Shown: positions 40,279 through 53,000 of the stretch, piece by piece
Numbering within the stretch: position 1 is the first letter of the stretch
Layout: each line of letters starts with the position of its first letter
Source: Azolla caroliniana
Lineage: Eukaryota > Plantae > Polypodiophyta
DNA: 64,000 bases
Direction of reading: 5' to 3'
NCBI GenBank assembly: GCA_043228905.1
Contig: JBHGNT010000010.1
Location: forward strand, 13,826,001-13,890,000
Translations under genes and position numbers: made by a program
Notes under the pieces: model-generated
Told to the model about the DNA's origin: nothing
The model's database searches: none
What the model saw: only the letters and a program-made list of their open reading frames with translations

Positions 40279-43200
40279 CCATATAATATCCCGTGGTAAG
40301 AATTTACCGTAGTATTCTATACACGTGGATAAGTGTGAGGGTTAAATGAGAGTGTAAAGAAGGGGAGGATTACTTTTAATCCTCGGGATTGAGACAACCC
40401 ATTAGGTCAAGTGTGAACTTGCCTGGGGGCCTTGGGTATCGCTATAAATAAGAGGCCTAGCTACCCTCATTTGAGCATCTTTTGACTACATCGAGACTCT
40501 GCTCGTGTGGTGGGTCAACTTTTGTAGCGAGCGCTCCAGCACCAGGTACGACTCGACGCCACGGCAGTGGTATGGGACGCCGATCGAGGCTCGAGTCCGT
40601 CTCGATCCCTTCGCTCGGGGGTGGTCGGGTGGATCGGCACCCTTCTTTCTCTTTCTCCTTTCTATCTTTCAATTCTTTATCCTTATCTTAAGCTTACATT
40701 AGTGCTATGATCTATAATATTTGGTATCAGATATTTTGGGTAGAGGCAATGTTTACAACTGTGCATATTATCAACCTTTCTCCTTCAGTTCCAATTGAAG
40801 GTGATATTCCACAAAGAGTTTGGACGGGGAAAGATGTTCCTTATAAGCATCTAAGGGTCTTTGGCTGAAGAGCATTTGTACACATTACTAGGGATGAGAG
40901 ATCCAAGCTTGCTAAGACAACCAAACAATGCATTTTTCTTGGATATTCAGGCGATGAGTTTGGGTATAGACTTTGGAATCTTCTTAGCAAGAAAGTGATC
41001 AGAAGTCGAGATGTTGTTTTCTTTGAAAACCAAACCATTGAAGAGATTGACAAGTCTAGTCATTCAGAGTCTCCTTCTATCACCGGAGTACACCCAAACC
41101 CAGTGTTTCTTGATCCATCCCCTCAAACACATGGGGAGATACACAGGATGTTGATGATCATGAAGATGACAGCAATGATGAAAATGGTGACAAGCCACCA
41201 GAGAGCCACCTATACTAGCAGAACCTCAACTGAGGAAATCCACTAGACAAAGACAACCTTCCTCGAGATATCCCTCTAGTGATTATGTATTGCTTACTTA
41301 TGGGGGAGAGCCAGAGAATTATGAGGAAGCTATGTCACATGAGAAGCGCAAGGAGTGGTACAATGCCATGCAAGATGAGATGACATCCTTACATGAGAAC
41401 CACACCTTCGATCTAGTGGAGTTACCAAAAGGTAAAAGAGCACTAAAAAATAAGTGGGTGTTTACATTGAAATCTGGAGATGATGGATGACTCACCACTA
41501 TAGTACAAAGCAAGATTAGTGGTGAAAGGCTTCAATATAAAAAAAAGCATCAACTTTGATGAGATTTTTTCTACAGTTGTGAAGATGTCTTCAATCACAG
41601 TTGTTCTATGTCTGGCTACGAGTATGGACTTGGAGATTGAACAACTTGATGTAAAGATTGCATCCCTTCATGGTGATTTGGAGGAGGAGATCTTCATGCT
41701 ACAACCTGAAGATTTCCAGATTAAGGGTAAGGAAAAACTTGTGTGTAGATTGAGAAAAAGCTTGTATGGTTTAAAACAAGCACCTCGTCAATGGTATAAG
41801 AAAATTGAGTCATCCATGGTTGATCATGGTTTTCACAAAACACAAGTGGATCATTGTGTGTTTGTGAATAATTACTCTGAGATTGATTTCTTTATTCTTC
41901 TTCTATATGTGGATGATATTTTGATTATTGGTTCTAACACCAAGAGGATTGTTAATTTGAAGAATTCTTTAAGCAAGTCCTTTGCCATGAAGGATCTTGG
42001 CCCTGCAAAGCAAATTTTGGGCATGAACATCTCCTATGATAGAAAGAACAATAAGCTATGGTTATCACAAGAGAAGTACATTGAAACGATGCTCCAAAAG
42101 TTCAACATGAACAAGGCTAAATATGTGAATTCTCCACTTGCAAGCCATGTGAAATGGAGTTCTAGTCAGTGTCCTACAAGTAAAGAAGAAAAAGAAGAGA
42201 TGAAGACAGTGCCTTATATCTCCGATGTTGGTAGTTTGATGTATGTCATGGTTTGTACAAGGTCAGACATTGCACATGCAATTGGAGTTGTTAGTCGATT
42301 CATGTCTAATCCGGGAAAGGAGCATTGGACAGCTGTGAAATGGATTTTCCAGTATCTGGAGGGTACTTCTAGAGTTTGTTAATGTTTTGAACCTAGACAA
42401 CCTGTGTTAGATGGCTACATAGATGCAAATATGTCAGGTGATATTGATTCTAGCAATTCTACTTCTGGGTATTTGATGACATTTGCAGGAGGAGCTGCAT
42501 CTTGGCAATCTAAGGTATAATAGTGTGTTGCATTGTCAACTAAAGCTGAATATATTGCAATCACTAAAGCATGCAAGGAGTTGTTATGGATGACGAATTT
42601 TCTTGAAGAACTTAATTTGACCCAAGAAAGGTATATACTTTATTGTGATAGTCAAAGTGCAATTCACCTTGCCAAGAATGCTGCTTACCATGCCCAAACC
42701 AAACATATTCAAAGAAGATATCATTGGATTCGTGAAGTGGTGGAAGAAAAAATAGTTGCACTTGAGAAAGTGCACAACAATCAAAATGGATCGGACATGT
42801 TGACTAAAATCTTATCTAAGAGTAAGATTGAAGCTTGCCGCTTGAAAGCGGGTTTGGTTGAACCCCCCATGTAGGAGTGAGGGGGAGATTTGTTGGTTTC
42901 TTCCCTCCTACATGGAGGAAGAGGTTCAAATATTTCATTGGGTCTATGTTTTTTTTTAATCCACATTAGAATGTGGATATGTATGTTGTAATGGGTCCAA
43001 ATTAGTATGAAAATGGCGCAAATAAAGTTTCTACTTCTAGGTTTTTTTTTCTTTGGGGTAATAAGGGTTTTTTTTTAGAAACATAACCCCATTATTATTA
43101 CTTTTGTATTTTTATAATATACTAAAAAAAAGAACATAACCCCATTATTACTATTTAGCAAGAAAGAAAAGAGAGAGGGATAGAAGATAGATGTAGAGTG

Positions 43201-43730
43201 GCCAGCTACTATTCTTGCCTCGATCGATGACCAAACAACCTCCGATCGTGGCCAAATTTTAATGACTTGTTCCTGATACTATCTTCTTAGAAATCCAATA
43301 GTTGGATTATTGCTTTTCTTTTCTCTATCTTCATAGATTCTACTTTGATCAGATTTCATGAATTTGTGAAGTTTGCCACTCTATGTTATGATTTGTAGAG
43401 ATTTGTTGATCCAAGGACTTACCTTGAAGATGGTAAAGCCTCTAGTTTTGAACTAGAGATGAAAACTTGTTGTACCCACTGGATTATTGTTTATTGGTGG
43501 AATTTTGGTGCCGTTGTCAACGGTCCCATGGTTTTTCTCCACATCGGGGTTTTCCACGTAAATCTCGTGTCTTTTTTATCTTGTTAGTGTTCAAGTGTGG
43601 AGTTTCTTACTTAATTTCTGTCAAGATTGGTTTTGATTTTGATTACTATTTTCTATTTTACAACACAAGTGGGGAAAAGATTTTTTAGCTTTCGTGTGGA
43701 AGAGTAGTATTGTCTTGTGCTTCCCCAACA

Positions 43731-44273
43731 CCTCATGGTAGTGTCATCTGTGGAGCTGACCAAGGAGGTGCTCCACGCACAGGGTGTAGAGTTTGGCTCT
43801 TGTACTCGCAACGGGATCTTTGATATCTTCACAGGCAAAGGCTAGGACATGGTCTTTATTGTCTATGGCGAGCACTAACGCAAGATGCGATGCATCATGA
43901 CCGTCCCTTTCTTCACCAACAAGGTGGTCCATCAGTCAAGGGTCTACTGGGAAGAAGAGATCAACTTTGCCATTGCAGACATCAAGGGTAACCCTGGTGC
44001 CCACATCACACGGATTTCCATCCGCAATAGTCTCTAGCTGCTCATGTCCAGGATGATGTTTGGCCACCGATTTGAGCACAAGGATGACCCCATCTTCATT
44101 GAGCTCAAGAGGCTCAATGGTGAGCGCCACCGGCTCGCCCAAAGCTTCGACTTCAGTTATGGTGATTTTATCCATATCCTTGCCCCTTTCCTCAGAGGTT
44201 ACCTCCGGCTCTGCCTAAAGATCAAGGAACACCGGCTCAAGATCTTGAAGGATTATTTCCATGATGAACACAA
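43731..44273 (+). pseudogene. CYP73A: CYP73A pseudogene, exon 1, 3' part
   Basis: [41 protein letters not shown]...VPFFTNKVV...LNGERHRLAQSFDFSYGDFIHILAPFLRGYL; GTAAGT donor at 44274. Confidence 0.93.
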
Positions 44274-44371
44274 GTAAGTACCAAAATTCTAGTACCCTAA
44301 TATATATTGTAAATTGGTCCAATGTTGTCTAATTTCTGTACTCAATTGTATCCATTGTTGCAATCTTGCAG

Positions 44372-44420
44372 GGAATCAAACAGTGTGTAACCCCTTTCAA
44401 ATGATGAGAAGTATGCTATT
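44372..44420 (+). pseudogene. CYP73A: CYP73A pseudogene, start of exon 2, interrupted by a copia LTR
   Basis: TTGCAG acceptor ending at 44371; ...NDEKYAI corresponds to KCAI(DHIL) of C4H. The rest of the gene is not in the window. Confidence 0.75.
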
Positions 44421-47400
44421 TGTTGGGAATATGCGACTAAATCGGGATGATTTAAACTTCAAACACAATTAACACTAGATGAAACCACAAGATGAAAATG
44501 AGAGTACACCAAAAAGTTTAATGTGGAAAACCCAAAGTAGGGAAAAACAACGGGAATCGTAGGTTCCAAACAACTTCACTATAATTTTGAGTACAATGGA
44601 ATACGACCTCACTAAAGGAGTGTATCTACCTCAAGGCAATTGCCTTTGTTACAACCTTCACCTAATCAGGTGGATAGAATAACAAAGATTACAAGTTGAG
44701 TACGACCTCTCTAGGTTTTGACTAGAGAAAGGTACAAACCTCAAGGCCGCAGCCTTGGCTACACAATAGTAGGTACAAGTGAGTACGGACTCTCTAGGTT
44801 TTGACTAGAAAAATGTCCTAGCTTCTAGGCAAACATCCTTGGCTACAATCTTGACCCGATTGGGTGGATATAATAACAATAAGCACAAGAAATGTGCTTG
44901 CCTCAAGGCAACAACCTTGGCTACAATCTTCACCCAATTGGGTGGATACAACAATGATAAGCACAAGAAATGTGCTAGCCTTAAGGCAACAACCTTGGCT
45001 ACGATCCTCACCCAATTGGGTGGATAAACCAACAAGCAAATAACCTTACAATTCTTCACCCAACTGGGTGGATAGAAAAACTAGCAAAATAGGAAACCAG
45101 AAAACAACACGAAACGAAGGAACCTGAATGCGAGTAGATAGGAGATGTGTTGTACAGTCATGGTTCTCTGTTAGCACGACCAATCCCTCACAAGTCTCTG
45201 TCTTCACTTCGGTAGAACGCTCTTCCGCTTGTTCTCTCACTCTTTCGTTTTCTGTTTTCTTCTCTATTTTCTATTTTTCTCTTTGTTTCTGTTTTTGCTA
45301 TGTAAACTGTGTTCTCTGAAAAAAAATCAGGTCCCACTCTCTTTCCTCTTTATTTTTTTCTCCTTATTGTCCAACTTCTGTATACCTGTGTTCACACTCA
45401 CACACACAAAAGGCACACACCAAAAAATATACAAGGAAAAAGGCATATGTATATATAATTCTAAATAATTATCACTTTCCCCCTTTTTGGCCCCATGTCC
45501 ATTCGGCACTCAGCCGACTCCCAATCGGCTAAGCAATGCTCATCCAACTCTCAGTCGGCCCTTCACATTGTGGGCTCCACTTGAGTGGATAGACCCAACA
45601 TTCTCCCCATCCATCTCAAGTGGGGGGCACAACTAGGTTTGCCTTTCGTTTGCAAACTTCAAGCTTCTCTAAAGCTTTCTATTTCTCTACTATCTAAGAA
45701 CATCACATAATCATGTGAAGATCATCTTCATCTCATAGCCCTCACCTCCTCCACCTCTTGTGGAGATGCTGAAACGCCATCTATCTAGTCACCTATAGTT
45801 TGATGATCATGATCCTATCCATCATCATCATCATCGGCTGCATGATCAGCTGTATCATCATCAACTGCATGATCCTTGGGTGTCTAGGGGTAGGAGTTGG
45901 ACATTTAGTGACTGAAAAACAAGGGGTGAAATTTGGCATTTCATTCATCTCCTTAGGGAATACCACGTCCCTGTTTCTTATGACCTTCTTCTCTAGGTCA
46001 TATAGTCAATGGCTGGATTCTTCATGGCAGTATCCTAGAAAATATGCATGGTTTACATCAAGCTTGGATCTTTCATCTTTCGCACATGAACACGGGCCCT
46101 AAATCCAAACACTCTCAAGTGTTTGTATGGCACCTTCTAATCAGTTCACACCCTCTCGGGTACATCATCATCCCAAAAAAAAAGACTGATGGAGATAGAT
46201 CCATGAGGTCAACTGCAGTCCTCATTGTTTCACTCCAAAAGGGTTTAGACAATTTTGAGTGTGATAGTAGTTGGGAAATCGGTCCCTCTAGATGGGATCC
46301 GGTGATGAATGAAGAGGACCCAATGAGAACCGGAAGTGAGCCTGTGAGAACTGGAAGAGAGACATTTCTATAAATATGTTTTTATGAGTAAGCCTATTGA
46401 GGCTATATTTGTAAATAGCCCTAAGTTCAAATAAGTATAAATATGACTTAGGGCAATCACTTTATGTGGTTGTGTGTTGTAGCCATATTGTTGTATGTGT
46501 ATAACTGTTGATAGAGAGAGAGAGAGAGAGAGAGAGTGAGATACAGAACAGTTTCTATTGTAACCGCCGCTTGGCGAAGAAACAGAGCTGGAGGTCATTG
46601 CCTCCGAGTCTCTGATTGTACCTCTCTCATAATAGTGATAGTTCGGAGCTTGTGGGCTCCCGTGGTTTTTCCCTACCAGGGTTTTCCACGTAAACATCCC
46701 ATGTACTCTCTATTGTTCGTGTGTGTTCGAGTATTCATCTTTATTCCCATTTCTATGTTTAATCCTTAAATGAAGTGTTTCATTACTTGGTTGTGGCCGA
46801 GCAGTATTCTGTGATATTCTCTTCAAACTGGTATCTGAGCGAACAACACAGGAAATGGAAGAACCGTTTTGAGGTATATTCAAGCTCACTGGCTCCAACT
46901 ACTCAGTGTGGAAGTCGAAGATGAGGGATATGCTGGTGGTTAAAGATCTTTGGTTGCTGGTTCAGTTCGGGGACAAGAGACTGGATAAGATCGACGCCAC
47001 GGTGTGGGAGTTGATGCACATGAAGACGATTGCATGCATCCGGTACTTAGTCAACATGAGCCTGTACAACAACTTCAATGAAGAGAGCAAGGCTCATGAA
47101 CTCTGGGAGAAGATTGTTAATTAGGTTTCGGTATTCCGGAAGATAGTGAGGCTCCGGTACTAGGACGACTCTAGTATGTCGGAGCACATGAATGCCTTCC
47201 AAGGACTAATCCACCAAGAAACCTCGTTGGAAATACCTCTTGCCGATGAGGTACTCGCATTACTCCTGCTCGGTTCCCTCCTGGATAGCTGGGAGATGTT
47301 AGTTGTCACATTGAGTAACGCTGGGCCGGAAGGACAGGGAGTCCAGAATTGATCCGAAAGAGAAACCGGCCGGAAGTTGAAGGCGGTTCGAGCAAATAAC

Positions 47401-48177
47401 GGAGGAGAATACCGGGGGTAGTTCGAGGAGTACTGCCGGTCGAAGAGTATCCGGCTCGAATTTACCATGCCAAAGACGCCAGAATTGAATAGGCTGCCCG
47501 AAAGGATGAAACGGACCATAATGGAGAGAGTCTGAAGCATGCTCGCACATGCCAAGTTACCCAAGACGTTTTGGGCTAAGGCGCTCACGACGGCGACGTA
47601 TGTGATAAACAGATTACCCTCAGTACCCTTGGGAAGAGACTCACATCAGAAAGTCTGGACCGGTAAAGATGTATCTTACCAGAATCTGAAGGTGTTTGGG
47701 TGTCTCGCATACGTGCATGTGGTGAAGGACAAGAGAGCAAAGCTGGATCCAAAGTACCGGCCATGCATATTCCTTGGATACGGAGATGATGAGTTCGGTT
47801 ACCGGGTGTGGGATCTGGTCGACAAGAAGGCGTTCCAGAGTCGGGACATAGTCTTCATGGAAGACAAGACCATTGCAGTCTGGGAGTCGGAGAAGAAGAT
47901 GATCAACTCCGGATCATCCAATGAAAACCGGCCTGAGGACATAAGGACCTACCTGGTTGAAAACCGGATGCCAGCCGGTAACCGAATGACGCTCGACAAA
48001 CCGGCCAAAGAAGAAGAAGAAGACATCGGAAGTGGACAAGATCCCGAATTGGATTCGAATGAGGAACAGACGAAGGAACCAGTAGTCAGAAACCAGGGAC
48101 GGAGATATCCTCTCCAAGAGAGAAGAGCCCCCTAGAGATTTGCAGATGCAGAGCATGTGTTGCTAACCGATGAGGGG

Positions 48178-48880
48178 TGATGAAGAGATAGAGAAAAATG
48201 ATAGAGAAGAGAGGAGGAGGAAAAAAGAATGCTTCATTATACTAATAAGAAAAGAATACAATACTCTTATACTCTAAGAGTAATAAAAACCAAATAACTA
48301 CTTAAATATAATATTAGACAAAAAAGTCTTTCCTTCTTCACCCTTTCTTCTACTAAGCTTCTTATAACCCTCTTATTCTTTCTCCCTTCTTCTTGTAGAT
48401 CATCTATCCTCTCTTGTAGATATTCTATTCTTCCTTCCTCCTGTTAATTGCTAAGAATCCCTTCATACTTATAGGTTTTTAGTTGTGTTATTCTTGCTTT
48501 TTTCTTTTCTTTTCTTTTATATATCCTCTAGTTTGTGTGGTGCGTTTTTCATATAATTATTTCTGGTTTTTCATCCAATTTTGTCATACTAGAAAGCTCT
48601 CTTTGTCAACTTTCTTACGAATCTTTTCTTTTGAAATTTGGATAAGAGATGAAGAAGTTATGATTCTCTACCTTGCTTTTTCTGCTTAATTTCCTGCGTT
48701 TTATTCTTTTTCTTTTTTTTTGCTTTTTCTACTTTTGAAAAACGCCTCTAACTTTATTCTCTCTTCAATTTCATTTACCTTTTAACTCTTGGACCTTTCA
48801 TATTGTGCTTTATTCTTCTATACCTTCGCATCCAATGCATTTGTCACGGTCTTTTCCTATGAGTAAAAATTGACTTCACA
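48178..48880. mobile_element. Solo LTR-like insertion (703 bp), family not otherwise present in the window
   Basis: TG...CA ends (TGATGAAG...CTTCACA), TSD AGGGG on both sides; the copia frame resumes after it. Confidence 0.85.
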
Positions 48881-50049
48881 AGGGGTAGTTGGAAAGCTTC
48901 GAAGAAGCAAAGAGAGACACCCACAGACACAAGTGGTTAAGTGCCATGCAGGATGAGATGGATTCCTTGCATGAGAACCACACGTATGAACTGACAGACT
49001 TGGCGAAAGGAAAGAGGGCACTCCAGAACAAGTGGGTGTACAAGCTGAAACTTGGAAATGTCGGAAACCCACCAAGACACAAAGCCCGGATCGTGGTGAA
49101 GGGGTTCTAGTAGAAGAAAGGAGTGGATTTTGATGAGATATTTGCCCCGGTAGTAAAGATGACATCCATCCGGACGGTATTGGATATAGCGGCAAGCATG
49201 GACCTCGAGGTAGAGCAACTGGACATCAAGACAACATTCCTACATGGCGACCTCGAAGAAGAGATCTACATGCATCAACCAGAAGGATTTGAGAAGAAAG
49301 GGAAGGAGCACCTGGTGTGCCGGCTGAAGAAATGCTTATATGGATTGAAACAAGCTCCCCGACAATGGTACCGGAAGTTCAACTCCTTCATGACTAACCA
49401 AGGGTACCACAAAACGCAAGTCGATCATTACATGTTTGTGAAGAAATTTGACGGAGGAGATTTCCTGATACTCCTCCTATATGTGGATGATATGTTGATC
49501 GTCGGACGAGACCAAGTCAAGATTCGGATGCGGAAGAAGGCTCTGAACCGAACCTTCTCAATGAAAAACTTCGGGCCGGCAAGACAGATATTTGGAATAC
49601 ATATCATCTGGGACCGGTTGGAGAAGCTGTTGTGGTTGTCACAGGAGAAGTATGTGACAAAGGTGCTCCAACGGTTCGACATGTCGAAGGCGAAGCCAAT
49701 CGGATCGACACTTCCGGCAAACTGCAAGCTATTTGGAAAACAAAGTCTGAGGACAAAGGCGGAGAAGACATATATGATGAAGATACCACATGCCTCTACC
49801 ATCGGAAGCTTGATGTATGTGATGGTATGTCAGAGTGGTGAGCCGGTTCATGAGCAATCCCGGAAGGGAGCACTGGAACGTGGTCAAGTGGATACTCTGG
49901 TATCTAAAAGGCACCTCGAGTAGGTGCCTCCGGTTTGGCTCCGGTAATCCCCAACATGACGGATTCACGGATTTGGACATGTCGGCTAATGCGGATACCA
50001 GCCAATCTACATCCGGATATGTGATGACTTATGTAGGGGGAGTTGTTTC

Positions 50050-53000
50050 TGTTGGGAATATGTCCCTCCAGTGGGAGGATGATCTGACTGTTCGGAAAGC
50101 CGACAGTCAAAGAGTCGGAAAACAGTGAGTCAACTGTTTGAGAATTCGACTATGTTAGTAGGAAACAGGTCTCTCCGGATGAGGAGAGAGAGGAGCCGAG
50201 TTGATGAGGGAATTGTGTACATAGCCAACTCGGGAGACTACATTTGTAAATAGTCTGAAACTTGCGTAAGTATATATGCAACTAGCACAAACTTTAGCGA
50301 GTGTAGAACATTGTAAGAACAGAATAGTAGAAACAATGAGTGTGAGTGAGAGAGAAGAAGGAAGAGCCGCGCCATAGCTATGTGTGTAATTGCAGGTGTG
50401 AAGAGCCCTGTGAGGCTGATGCACTCGAGAGAGAGTGTTGTAATCTTCTCGCTATTGTATATCCACTTTTTGTATAGTGAAGAATCTGTTCTCGTGGTTT
50501 TCCTCGTTTTAGGGTTTCCACATAAATCTCTGTGTACATCTGTTTTTTTCTTGTCTTTTCTTGGCACATTTCTGTGATTCGTATTTTCAGCGTAGTTCGT
50601 TTACTATGACTTATATTCCGCAACGATTTCTCAACAAACTGTTATCAGAGCTTGAGGTGCAAGCATGGAAGGAGGTGTGAGCGGTTTCCTAGGACTGATA
50701 GTCCTCAACTCACAGAACTATGCAGACTGGAAGATCAAGATGGAGTACCTTCTCATAGTTAAAGACCTATACGAGCCAGTCGACAAAGCAGAAATACCCA
50801 GGGGGTATTGGAGTCGGACTGGAAGCTTCTGAATAGGAAGGCAATGGCCACTATCTGACAATGCGCCGATGTAAGTGTCCTTCAGCATGTGGCGAACGAC
50901 ACAAATGCCCATGAGATGTGGCAGAAGCTATCAGGTCTTTATGAGAAGAAGAACGCGCTCAATAGAACCTTGTTCATGAGAAAGATCGTACGGCTGAAAT
51001 ACAGAGATGGTGAGAGCATCGTTGAACACATCAACACGTTCATGGGGTATGTAAATCAACTTGTGTTGACTGAGTTCCCCCTAGATGACGCTATGCAGGC
51101 CGTCCTGTTGATGTGCACACTATCGGAAAGCTGGGAGAACCTGGTGGTTACTCTCGGCACCTCCTGTCAAGAAGAGAACTTGTCTCTACAGACGGTGAAG
51201 ATAAGCATCCTAAACGAGGAGGCAAGGAGGAAAGACAAAGGAGTCCTGTCCCAAATGGAGTCGAATCTGACTCAACATATGGACAGAGGAAGGGACCAGT
51301 GAAGAAGAAGTCCGTAGTGAATGGACAAATCCCACGCCAAATTGAAGGACTGCCAAGACATGAAAAAAGACAAGTGTCGGAAACAATGTCGAACCCTGGA
51401 AGATTCCGGATGACAAGAACACTTCAGCAATGAAGAACTCCTGTTCTTTTGTGAATAGACGAGTGCAAACCTTGCAAGTGAAGAGTGCACGTGGGTGATC
51501 GACTCCGGCGCATCCTTCCATATTACTCCGTTGAGAGAGTATTTCTCGACTTACATAGCCAGGGATCATGGCTATGTAAAGATGGGTGATAGTGGAGAAT
51601 GCAAGATAACCGGAGTCGGAAGTGTGTGCTTAACGACGTCGACAGGGTGTCGACTAACGTTGAAGGATGTTCGACACGTCCCTAATATAAGATTGAATTT
51701 GATATCAACTGGAAGTCTTGATGACGAAGGCTATAGTGGTAGCTTTCGGAATGGCAAGTGGAAGTTCTGCCGAGGAAATCTCATAGTAGCCCGAGCATAG
51801 AAAGAAGGCACATTGTACATGATGCATGCCCGACTGTGCAAATCGGAAGTAAATGTGGCAACTGACTCGACAGGGGAGATATGGCATAACAGGCTAGGCC
51901 ACATGAGTCAGAAGGGAATGCACATGTTAGCAGACCAAAAACTTCTACCAGAAGTCAAGGGAGTGCACCTGGAGAAGTGTGTCGACTGCTTAGCCGGAAA
52001 GTAGAACAGGGCGGCATTCCACACAAGACCACCGAGGAGAAGAGATGCTGCACTGGAACTAGTGCACACGGATGTGTGCTATGTGGATGCTCCATCATAT
52101 CGAGGAGGACAGTACTTTGTAACGTTTATTGACGACTATAGTCGGAAAACATGGGCCTTCGTATTGAGGTCGAAGGATCAAGTACTATCAGTTTTCAAGG
52201 AGTTCCAAGCAAGAACCGAAAGAGAGTCAGGTCGGAAATTGAAGGTTGTCCGAACCGACAACGGTGGCGAATACAAAGGGCAGTTCGAGGAATACTGCAA
52301 GTGCCAAGGTATTCGAATCGAATACACAGTACCAAAGACCCCAGAGTTGAACAAGCTTGCAGAGAGGATGAATCTGATGATCATGGAGAGAGTAAGGAGC
52401 ATGCTCTCCCATGCGAAACTGCCGAAATCCTATTCGGCTGAGGCGATGTACACATCTGTTTATTTGATCAACAAGTCTCCCTCAGTGCCATTAAAGGGTG
52501 ATGTCCCACAAAGGGTGTGGACAGGGAAGGATGTCTCCTACCAACACCTGAGGGTGTTCGGATGTTTGGCGTATATGCATGTACCAAAGGATCAGAGGTC
52601 AAAGCTCGACAACAAGTCGAAAGCATGCATATTCATGGGATACTCGGAAGATGAGTTCGGCTACAGGCAATGGGACCTAGTCGACAAGAAAATGTAGTGA
52701 GAAGTCGGGATGTAGTCTTTCTAGAAGACAAGACAATTGAAGACTGGAAGCAACAGAAGTCGGAACCGACTCCCCAGTCAACCTCGACTACCATCGATTT
52801 AAGGCCAAGTGAGTCGTCACCGGCAGCTGTAAGGAGACAACTGGCCGACAGACCTGAATCCGAGTCGGTCGACTCGGAAAGACCAACAGACTATGAGTTA
52901 GAGTCGGCAGACCTACTAAAATCAATTGAGGAATATGAGTTGGAGCTGTCCAACCTGGAGATTCCAATTGATGAGCAGAATCCCAAGCAAAGAGAAGAGT

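Larger units (their letters stand above)
33323..40732 (+). mobile_element. Young Ty3/gypsy chromovirus (Reina-like by inference) nested in the copia C integrase
   Basis: 455-bp LTRs 33323-33777 and 40265-40719 differing at about 2 sites; PBS TGGTATCAGA 33780-33789; PPT AAGAGGGGGAGTA; long uninterrupted ORFs. Confidence 0.96.
30655..43730 (+). mobile_element. Ty1/copia family C, full-length and decayed, inserted in C4H exon 1
   Basis: LTRs 30655-31450 and 42891-43730; PBS TGGTATCAGAGC at 31454; gag, protease, integrase (split at 33322/40733), RT LYVDD, RNase H; degenerate TSD ACTCG/CCTCA (ancestral CCTCG). Confidence 0.92.
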
